From: Octopus sinensis
Taxonomy: Eukaryota
DNA: 64,000 nt
Reading direction: 5' to 3'
Assembly: GCF_006345805.1 (NCBI RefSeq)
Contig: NC_043005.1
Location: forward strand, 90,458,001 to 90,522,000
In this document: positions 40,156 to 50,479 of the stretch, in pieces
Layout: each line of letters starts with the position of its first letter
Numbering within the stretch: position 1 is the first letter of the stretch
The notes under the pieces: generated by a model
What the model saw: only the letters and a program-made list of their open reading frames with translations
What the model was told of the DNA's origin: nothing
The model's database searches: none
Program-made: the position numbers and the translations under genes

Positions 40156-41197
40156 TCATTGTTTAATGTCCGCTTTCCATGCTAGCATGGGTTGGACGGT
40201 TTGACTGAGGGCTGGCGAAACAGATGGCTGCACCAGGCCTCAATCTTGATCTGACAGAGTTTCTACAGCTGGATGCTCTTCCTAACACCAACCACTCCAA
40301 GAGTATAGTAGGTGCTTTTATGTGCCACCAGCATGGGGCCAGTCAGGCAGTACTGGCAACGACCTTGCTCAAATCCTTTACACATGCCACCAACACAGGT
40401 GCCAGTAAGGCAATGCTGGTATATATATATATATACAAGCTTAAAAGCCACCTGATAGCTATATAGCTTTTAAGCAACTAACTCCGATTGGGAAGATCTG
40501 CAAACAGACTTCTGACTTGTTTTGGAGAATTTGTTGCAATTGATTCCTCCAGAGTCATATCCCAATGATGATCATATTCGTTGCTAAAAATCATGTGCAA
40601 AAAAAAAATCACCAAAAACAATTGCAGTCACGAAAAAGATAGGAATCCAAAATTTCAGGATTGCAGGTTCTGATTTGATCCCAGATGGACTTAAAAAAAG
40701 AATGAATGAAAATTTGTATCTGGAGATTAACACAAAGAATTTTTGAATTTTCTTATGAACGTCACTTTATGTCACAGTTTGTGCCACAGTATCAACAGTT
40801 GTGATTCCATGCTCCCATATAAACTATTTGCTTTTATTAACAGTAAATATGCAAAGCAAGCCACAGGTGTGGCTGTGTAGTTAAGACGTTTGCTTCCCAA
40901 CCACGTGGATTCCGGTTCAGTCCCACTGAGTGACACCTACTATAGCTCTGGGTTGCCCAAAGCCTTGTGTGTGGATTCAGTAGACGGAAACTGAAAGAAG
41001 CCTGTCTTGTATGTATATGTTTGTGTCACTTTGTTTTGACACTCTGTAATTATTGTAAATGAATATTCATTTCCAATATTTTATGAAAACGTGTCTGGCC
41101 ATAGAAAGTCTTTCTCTATAACTTTTGTCGAACCCATACAAGCATGGAAGAGTGGATGTTTAAAACAATGATTTTCTAATTATTATTATTATTATTG

Positions 41198-41750
41198 AGT
41201 GAGAGAGCAGTGCATGCCATCAAAGTAACACTGGGGTAAAATATACGAAGCCCAGTATACCCATCATGACTACCCGTCTGATAAGGGTACACTAGGCACA
41301 TGCATCACAACCATATGTGCACAACATGGTGATCTCATATCAAGATAAACAGCACATGACCTTGCAGGTGGGGCCCGGTTAGAATTTTCTTCTGGTCGAG
41401 TAACCCATCCAGCTCAAAAGGTCCCTGAATAAGGATTGTTTAAGGATGTTGAACAAAACATCCTGTTTCCAGAGGTGAATTATTCAAACCCCAAAGAATC
41501 CCTCTCAACACATGGCTATGAAGCTCCCCCACTACTTCTGTTCGTGATCAGAGATGCACATATCGTCAGCCACTAAGGGACATGCTCAACTGGTTAAAGT
41601 CAAACAACTGACAAGCAAATCTGTGGTATTGAGCAGAATATTTGCTGTAACCCATCTTTTATACCAAGACAAAACAATGTACATGATAACACTTCCAATC
41701 AGTTAAGATCAGAAGCCATGAGAGCCACTGCCTGGTACTGCATCTGGGAA
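41198..41750. repeat. Unclassified interspersed element inserted in a (TAT)n tract
   Basis: ~550-bp higher-GC block bounded on both sides by (TAT)n; no ORF. Confidence 0.45.
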
Positions 41751-42062
41751 TATATTATTACTATAATTTATTATTATTATTATTATTATTAAGATGGCAA
41801 GCTGGCAGAATTGTTAACACATCAGGCAAAATGCTTTAGCAGCATTTCATGTATCTTAAGTTCTGAGTTCAAATTCCACCAAGGTTAACTTTGCCTTTCA
41901 TCCTTTCAGGGTTGATGAAATAAGCACCAGTTACACACTGGGATCGATATAATCGACTGGCCCCCTCCCCCAAAATTTCAGGCCTTGTGCCTTCTGTAGA
42001 AAGAATTATTATTATCATTACTAATTATTAATTAATTCTTTCATTTCTATTGTATTTTGCAG

Positions 42063-42782
42063 GTGAACAAGTCCTTACTGCTGGCGTTTGATTTTGACCA
42101 TTCTCTCATTGATGTCAACTCTGACAATTACGTGACGAAACTGGTGCCACCAATTCCTGTGGAAATAAAGAAACGGTACAGCAGCCAATGCTGGGTCTAT
42201 TATATGGGAGCAATCTTTGAACACATGCATCTACAAAAAATTACTCCTACTCAAATCTTGGACTGTATGAATGAGATTCCATTTGTGAATGGTGTCATGG
42301 AACTGGTAAACTTCTTGGACAGAGTTGATGTGGAGATGATTATTATTTCTGATGCTAATAGTGTATTTATTAAACAGGTGTTGGAAAATGCAAAAATTGC
42401 ACACTTATTTGCTGAAACTTTTACGAATCCTGCACATTTTGATGAAACTGGTTGCTTACGAGTGCAGTGTTACCACAACCAAGATTGGTGCCAGTTGAGC
42501 ACGACGAATTTGTGCAAAGGAAGGATCTTAGAAGATTACCTGAAGAAACGTTGCGATGAAGGTGTGAGCTTCTCCCATGTTGGGTTTGTCGGTGATGGAA
42601 TACACGATTATTGCCCCTGCCTCACACTTAGGGAGCAAGATTTCACATTTCCACGTATAAATTACAATCTGTGGAAAAAAATTAACAAGATGCCTAAAAA
42701 TGATGAACTTTCGTTGAAATCTCAGATTATTCCATGGACAGATGCATTTGAAATTCTCGAAACTCTGAAAGCTGTTCTCTAA
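42063..42782 (+). CDS. PHOSPHO2: Pyridoxal-phosphate / phosphoethanolamine-phosphocholine phosphatase (PHOSPHO1/PHOSPHO2 family, HAD), main exon
   Basis: ttttgcag| acceptor; HAD motif I AFDFDHS, NSD, motif II ISDANSVFI, FTNPAHFD, motif III NLCKG, motif IV FVGDGIHDYCP, C-terminal IIPW; AATAAA at 43053-43058. The PHOSPHO1 vs PHOSPHO2 label is only nominal in invertebrates. Confidence 0.9.
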   Translation: MNKSLLLAFDFDHSLIDVNSDNYVTKLVPPIPVEIKKRYSSQCWVYYMGAIFEHMHLQKITPTQILDCMNEIPFVNGVMELVNFLDRVDVEMIIISDANSVFIKQVLENAKIAHLFAETFTNPAHFDETGCLRVQCYHNQDWCQLSTTNLCKGRILEDYLKKRCDEGVSFSHVGFVGDGIHDYCPCLTLREQDFTFPRINYNLWKKINKMPKNDELSLKSQIIPWTDAFEILETLKAVL

Positions 42783-43869
42783 GAGACCTGTGAAACATTT
42801 ATGAAACCCTAACCTCAAGGCGTTAAAAAAAAAGACGTAACTTAACTGACGTTTTAAGATGGGAAATATATAATGATAAACCATGCATATAATTATATCC
42901 GTGAGTTTTATGTGTATGTAATGTATATATTCTTAAACAAGAATGTTGTTGATAATGACTGAAGTTTTGGTCAGTTAAGCCATCATCAGACTGCCACGGC
43001 TTAACTGGCCAAAACTTAGAAGTGACTATCAACGGCAGTCTTTTTTTAGAATAATAAATTTGTACTCTACAAAAATATGGGGCAACCCCTCAGGTTAATG
43101 TATAGTTGTTTTTATTATCATGGAACTGAACTTAAAAACAAAATATACATGTGTGTGTGTGTGTACATATGTATGTATATGTATGGGAAGAGTTCACGAA
43201 AAAAACAAAAGATGAAGACAGGTGGTGTAGAAAACAAATAGATGTATTAGTATGACGCTCAAGAATTGAAAAAGTCTTTTACGTTTCGAGCCTATGCTCT
43301 TCTACAGGAGGGAACACAGAAAAAAACAAGGAGAGAAAAAATATGTGTGCAGTGGCTACCGATCTATCATGGCGACTGCCAGACAGAAGGGTCACACAGG
43401 GTGTGTGTGTGTGTGTATGTGTGTTTATATGTGTATATATATATGTGGTGGTGGTGGTTGTTGTTGTTGTTTTTTCTAATTTAAGTACAAAGCTAGTAAT
43501 CCTAAGGAAAGTGGGTGTAGTTGATACCATTGACTGAAGTTGATAAAATAAAGTACTTGACTAGTACTTTATTTTATCAATTTCCAAAAGAATGAAGGCA
43601 AAGTTGACCCCAAGGGGCAGTTTTTGTGGTATTTAGTTAGAAAACTTTACATTTTACACTCAGTTTAACTTTGTTTTTCATCCCACCAGGGGTGACAAAA
43701 TGAAGTAGCAGCCAAGAATTGACTAATACCCTGCCCTCAAAATTGTTGGCTTTTTGCTTGAACAGAAACAACAATAGCAACAAGAAAAAAAATAATAATG
43801 GTAGTAGTAGTATTAGTAGTAGTACTAGCAGCAGTAGCGGTGGTGGTGGTGGTAGTAGTAGTAGTAGTA

Positions 43870-44270
43870 GTAATATAGCAGCTAGAAAGCCTGATTTGGT
43901 AGTAGTAGATAAAGAGAATAGAAAGTGCCAGATAATTGACTTTACAGTTCCAAATGATGAAAACAATATGAAAAGTATAGAAAAAATAGCAAAGTACCAG
44001 GACCTAGCTATTGATTTACTGAGACAATGGAAAGTGTTGGTAAAATGTATCCTAGTAGTTATAGGTGCATTGGGAAATATCCCTAAAGATCTGAACATAT
44101 GGATAGAGGAAATAGGCATAAAACCCAGTTTGGTACAAGCTCCAGAAAACTGTTATTAGGGATAGCTAAGGTACTTAGGAGGGTTCTTGGCATCTAAGGT
44201 CACTTGTTGTAGCCAGATGTTAGGAATTATTCTTTTCCAACAGTCTAATCTGTTGTGTGTATCTGAAAGT
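43870..44270 (+). mobile_element. 3' fragment of R4/Dong-like element (RLE domain)
   Basis: ARKPDLVVVDKENRKCQIIDFTVPND...EKIAKYQDL...VVIGALG: PD-(D/E)xK-type RLE; begins inside a TAG/TAA microsatellite. Confidence 0.75.
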
Positions 44271-45836
44271 AATAATGTTTTCAAATTTTGGCACAAGGCC
44301 AGCAATTTCATGAGAGGGAGTAAGTTGATTATATCAATCTCAGTACTCTACTGGTACTCATTTTATCGACCCCAAAACATTGATGATGATGATGACTATT
44401 TACTCTCCAAAGGTTTATGGAAAAACTGGGGACTGCACCTCCTTATGGTACTTATTAAATCACACTTTAGTTAAGTGTGAAGGTTATGGAATCACAGGCA
44501 ATCATTGATCATTTAAGTATTAGAATTAGTGTCTTAATGTCTTGACCAACTGTTGCCTCTGAAATATTTATGTATATTCAACTAACAATAAAACTCTTTG
44601 TATAACATTAATTAGCTATTTCATTGCATATTTACACACACATATGTGCGTGTGTGTGTTTATATATTGAAAAGTATAATGAATAAACACTCCAATCGGT
44701 GAAAGCAACTTTATATCATTCCCAAATTATCAAAAATCGAATATAAATGTATATTAAAAAAATAGGACACCCAATGGTAAGATGCAACAGTATAAAATAT
44801 ACACATATACACGACTAAAAGGTGATAAAAGCTAAAAGGGTAATACAAGTGAGGTCGAATGAAGGAAAATATATGGAATGCATAATAAAGGCGACTAAAA
44901 ATTGAAGGCAATGGTGCTAAAATGTTATAAATATATAAAAATACAAGAATATAAATATTTAAAAAAAGTGTAAGGTAACCAGAACAGAGTCCATTCAAGC
45001 CCATCTCTACTATTGTTTCAAAGGATGCTGCTTCACATCGTTAATGTACAATCCATTAAGGAAATCCAAAGGCGACACCTTTTCATTAGGAGAAAACTTA
45101 CAAATGCTTCACATTTCTGGTTATCTCATTGTTCAATTGCATAAAGCGACCAGACAAGTTCAGTTGAATGAAATTACTTTCCAGTTCAATGAAGTTATAA
45201 TATCTTGTAAGATCTCCCCATGCAGTTGAGGAAGTCTGTTGTCAGCACATTTTTAGTGCTTATTGTACCTGTGCACTTTCCACACACAGAGCTTGCACTG
45301 GATGTACGATATGGAGTTTCTACCAACACCTTTCTTACATATGGTTTGATTAGGGTATAATCAATTTGGCGAGGAAACTAAAGAGAAAATATTACGACGA
45401 TGACCACCACAGATCTACAATGGAAGAATTCACCACGTGTAGTTGAGGGTAAAAGAAATCGTTGAACGACAGTAAGTACGTCCAAAATTTATAAAGCAGT
45501 GACATACATACATACATAGATACTTGTAGCACACATGTATATACGTGCAGAGTGAAAATAAATCACACTATTTAATGTGACGGACTACACTGCAAAAAAA
45601 TCAAAAATTTCATTTCTGTTTACAAACTTTCTCCGTGTCTATACGCACAAATACTTTTATGTATACACACGCAATATTTAAGAAAAAAAGGAATATACAC
45701 AAAAAAGAACGAAACATGTGTATATACACACACAATATTTAAGAACAAGGAATATACACAAAAAAGAACAAATCAAAAACAAATATTTTATATTTTACTT
45801 TTATCGTATTGTTGTTTACATTTTCTGTCTCTACGG

Positions 45837-46192
45837 ATGACCAGAAGCAACAGAATCGCCATGGTGAAATCCATAGCGGCGTGCGATAAGACTGGTCGCT
45901 GCTCTAAAATAGAACACTGCCCAGAAAATCACACCTGCCACATCTGTACGGAACCCGAAAATACGTTCCGTAATCACTGGGTCGAATGTGGGACATGTCT
46001 CATCTCTGTCTGCCTCCAATGTGCCACGGACTTTCAGAAGATCCCAGGCCAAAAAAAGAGCCATCATAATGCTATGATGGATAGACTCTGGAAGATGGTT
46101 CAGCTTAAATCTTGGACTTTTCAGTGTCAGGCCTGCGTGCCTCCACAACCGACGATTGTGTCTCCCTCTGCCACTCCCGTGGAGGAGGCGGA

Positions 46193-46223
<31 letters not shown>

Positions 46224-47039
46224 AATCAACCACAACCAGAGCAGCAGCAACAACAACAACAGCAGCAACAACTAGAGCAGCAGCAGCAGCAACAACAAAA
46301 TCAACCACAACCAGAGCAGCAGCAACAACAAAATCAACCACAACCAGAGCAGCAGCAACAACAACATCAACAACAACAACAGCAACAACAAAATCAACCA
46401 CAACTAGAGCAACAGCAGCAACAACAACAACACCAATTGACCAGTGCGGTTCTTGCTTTAAAAGGGGAAGTAGCAGGAATAAAAGCAACCATTCAGGTTG
46501 GACTCCACAATGAGGGGTCTTATCGGAATGCTCTGCTAAAGAACCTCCCTGTACCTGTACCTCTTGTCGCATTTAAGACCGCGGATTCTGCCACCCATGA
46601 AGTCATTGCCATTGGGGTGCCAGAAGACATGGCTGATCTTCAGGCTTTTGCTGCCAACTCAGCCAAAGACCTAGGCTGCGTTCCCCGAACGGGTGCTATC
46701 CGCCTTGGACGACCTGGCCCAAAACCTAGGCTCATCAAGTTGTCTTTTACGGACCACACTGAGGCAACCTCTTACCATCTGGCCTCAGTTAAAGCTGGGC
46801 GTGAAAATCGGACCACCTTCCGAACACGCCCAGGCTTACCGTCCGATGTACGTCCGAAGCTACGTGTAGTGGCTTCCCTGAATAGGAACTCAGCTCTACA
46901 GGAAAGCTTCAGTCTTCGGGAAGATGGACAAATCTGGAGATTTGTCAAGACTGCTGAAACGTGGAAGAGAGATACCAGCTGGTCTGAGTGCTCTCTACCC
47001 ACAATAACTAAAAAGACTACAGCAACTCAGGGAAACTAA
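45837..47039 (+). CDS. LINE ORF1p: PHD-like zinc finger, polyQ linker, coiled coil, C-terminal RRM-like domain
   Basis: 400-aa open ORF: CHIC...WVECGTC...CLQC...FQCQAC; Q-rich 46195-46434; SYRNAL, VIAIGVPE, RLGRPGPKPRLIKLSF typical of CR1/L2 ORF1. Confidence 0.85.
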
Positions 47040-49823
47040 GCCAGAACAACCTGCCATCCTCTACACACCATCATAAACTGCGAGCAGGGTACAAATTGTT
47101 GTCCTTAAATGCTCGCAGTTTATGCAACAAAATACATTTGTTCAACGCCTACGTCAGAAGTGTTGACCCTGACTTCATCACTGTCACGGAAACATGGGCG
47201 CATTCCTTACTCTGTGATGGGGTTTTCAACATTACGGGGTACAACCTCTTCCGTAAGGACCGCACTAACCGCCGTGGTGGTGGTGTGATGGTCTACGTTC
47301 GTTCAAATTTTTTGGTAATTCCTTGTGCCGATTTGAACGAATCACAAGAAGAAGTTTTTTTCTGTGACGTGTGTATGACCATGTCAACACTCCTGCTTGG
47401 CGTTGTTTATCGTCCCCCAAGTTACCATCGGGACACACAGCTTTGCAATGTCCTCCGAGCTGCTGCCAGGAAAACAGCCACTTATGTGTTTATTGCAGGC
47501 GATTTCAATCATCCTGAGATCGATTGGGAGACCTTCCATTGGCCACAGAGTGCAAACGATTTTGTTGAGCTTGTGCTGGACTCAAACTGGTCACAAGTAG
47601 TCACCTCTCCAACAAGAGGCGACAACACCTTGGACCTGCTCTTCACCACAACTCCTGAAGCGGTTATCAATTGCACTACGGAGGAACCTCTAGGTGACTC
47701 TGATCATGCTATGATCATCGCCAATCTGGCTCTTGCGGGCAACAAAAACCTGAACCATCTCCAATCTGCTTCCTTCGATTGGAAGAGAGCAGATTGGAAC
47801 CTGTACCACACTGAACTACAGCACCCAAACTGGCGTGAATTCTACAACTCTGGAGATGTGAATACTATACTCCAGAGTATCCTGGACTCAATATGGGCAG
47901 CATGTGCAGCATCAGTGCCACGTAAACAAAAAAAGAAGAACCGCCCCAAAAGGGCAATTTGGGAAACTTCAGCGGTCCGACTTGCCAGGAGGGAACGTCG
48001 GACTGCTGAACAGGAATACAGGTTGCATAAATCAGACACCAACAGGAAGAAGCGGAATAAATCCTCCAACCATCTCAAGCAAGTAACAAAAAAAGCAGTG
48101 CTTGAATTTGAACAGTGCATAGCAGCCAATCCTGACAGTAAGGTTTTCTGGAAATATGTGCACTCAAAGCAGAGACCTCACTCTCCAGTGGGCCCTCTTC
48201 GCAACCCTCACACAAACCAGATCACTGACGACCCCAAGGAATGCGCAGAACTCATTGCCGAGTGCTATGCAAACATATTCACTGTTGAAAGTCAAGATGT
48301 ACCATCTTCACCATCACTAACAGCAAACTCCATAACAACTATGGAATTTACACCTGCAATGCTGCGACGTCACCTTCAAAATAAGCGCAACTATGCCTCC
48401 CCTGGTCTCGATGGAGTTACATACCTGCTTCTCAAACGTGGCAGGCACTTCCTTTTACACCAGCTTTCTATTTTCTTCCAGTACTGTCTCAACAATGGTG
48501 CTACTCCGGAGCAGTGGAAAACTGCCAGTGTCATTCCTCTGTTCAAAAAGGGCGACCGCACATCACCTGTCAACTATCGCCCAGTCAGTCTCACTAGCTG
48601 TATTGCAAAACTGATGGAATCGTGTGTCAGAGAAACACTCTGGAACTTCTGGAGCTCTCACAGTCTCATCCAACCCTCACAATATGGATTTGTCCCTAAC
48701 TCCAGCTGCAGTGACCAGCTTGTCGAGTTCCTTGAGGACATTACTCAGATTACTGACAGTGGCTCATGGGTGGATGTTGTCTACCTTGACTTTGCTAAGG
48801 CTTTCAACTCTGTGCCACACAAAAGGCTTATGGTGAAACTCTCTGCAATGGGTGTGGGGGATGACCTTTTTAACTGGTTGAAATCCTTCATCCTCAGCCG
48901 AAAGGAGGTTGTCACAGTTCTAGGACAGCACTCTACACCATATGAGATGTCATCGGGTGTACCACAGGGATCTGTCCTTGGTCCCCTCTTGTTTGTGGCA
49001 TACATTAACGACATAGATGCCAATTTAAAGAATGCCACAGTATTGAAATATGCAGACGACATCAAGCTGTACCTTGAAATCAAGAGGACAGATCCTGATG
49101 TCTACAACTCTTTCCTGCAATCAGACCTAGACACAATGCAGCAATGGATCACAGACTGGCAACTGAAACTGGCTGTGGACAAGTGTACCACCATGCATTT
49201 TGGGAGAAAAAACCCTGCGTTCACATACTCCCTCCACAACACTGATATCAAGAAATCCTCTTGCGAGCGTGACCTAGGCATCACTCTCAGCAGTGATTTG
49301 CGTTGGACAAAGCATATCTCTAAGATTGTCAGGAAGGCCGAGGGTGTCTTGGCATCACTCAGCAGGTCTTTTGTTAGCCGCTCTCCAGCCATCTATTTAA
49401 AACTGTATACAGCTATGGTACGACCACACTTGGAATTTGCATCATCAGTTTGGAACCCCTATCTTGCACAGAACATTGACCTCCTGGAATCTGTCCAGAG
49501 ACGTGCAACCAAACGCATACCCTCCATCAGACACCTACCATATTCTGAGCGCCTTGGCGACGGACTTGGTAAACACCCACAAAGTTATCAACCACCTCAC
49601 CAACAACAACACTGAACACCTTTTTGATCTCCATGTGTCTAACACACGTGGACATGCCTACAAAGTCAGAAAACAATACAGCTCTCATGACTTTCGGAAA
49701 CATTTTTTCACGCTCAGAGTTGCTGAAGCATGGAATAAACTGCCTGCGTCAGTTGTTGACTGCCATGACACTGCATCTTTTAAGGCCCTCATGCTTTCCG
49801 AAATCCGCCGAAACTACACCTGA
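47012..49823 (+). CDS. LINE ORF2p (APE endonuclease + reverse transcriptase); no early AUG; frameshifting lesion at ~49555
   Basis: NARSL, TETW, YRPP, GDFN, LDL, SDH (APE); NYRPVSLTS, YLDFAKAF, GVPQGSVLGP, YADD (RT); RPHLEFASSVW and RGH..K...RKHFFTLRV..WNKLP (CR1-type C-terminus). The frame opens after the TAA at 47009-47011. Confidence 0.88.
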
Positions 49824-50479
49824 TTATATATACACTTTAGATGAGTTGTAGTGCACCTGAGCACTGTACACAATTATTATTATTATTATTATTATTTATA
49901 AAATTCTCCTCTTTTACTCCCTGGCTCTTTGGAGCACGGCATATAGGTTGCAAAAGGAATAAACAGAGCTTCTAGGTCTATCAACCAAGAACATTCCCAT
50001 ACCTTCAAGGAAAATATACATGGAGTCACTTATGCACATCATCATCGTTTAACGTCTGTTTTCCATGCTAGCATGGGTTGGACAGTTCGACAAGGGTCTG
50101 GGAAGCCAGAAGGCTGCACCAGGCTCCAGTCTGATCAGGCAGTTTCTACAGCTGGATTCCCTTCCTAACGCCAACCACTCCGTGAGTAGTGGGTGCTTTT
50201 TACGTGCCAAGGGAGGCTGGCAGTGGCCATGATTGCTTGGTGCTTTTTACGTGCCACCGGCACAGAAGCCAGTCAAGGTGGCGCTGGCATCAGCCACGTT
50301 TGGATGGTGCTTTTTACGTGCCACTGGCAAAGGTATCACAACTACAATTTCCATTTGATATTTATTTTGATGTTGATGTACTTGAATCAATAGGTCTCCT
50401 CAAGCACAGCAGGTCATGTGCCACCGGCACAGAACTACCAATTTTATTAATAGACTGCGATGGCATGCTTTCTCTGGAC

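Larger units (their letters stand above)
45545..49896 (+). mobile_element. Near full-length CR1-group LINE (5' boundary approximate)
   Basis: ORF1 + APE-RT ORF2, short 3'UTR ending GTGCACCTGAGCACTGTACAC then (ATT)n tail at ~49874-49895; A-rich 5' region with a ~60-bp tandem repeat (45660-45770). Confidence 0.9.

Noticed and set aside
45831-46572. Antisense and alternative-frame ORFs (poly-L, poly-V/A, poly-T)
   Set aside because: Shadows of the ORF1 CAA/CAG repeat.
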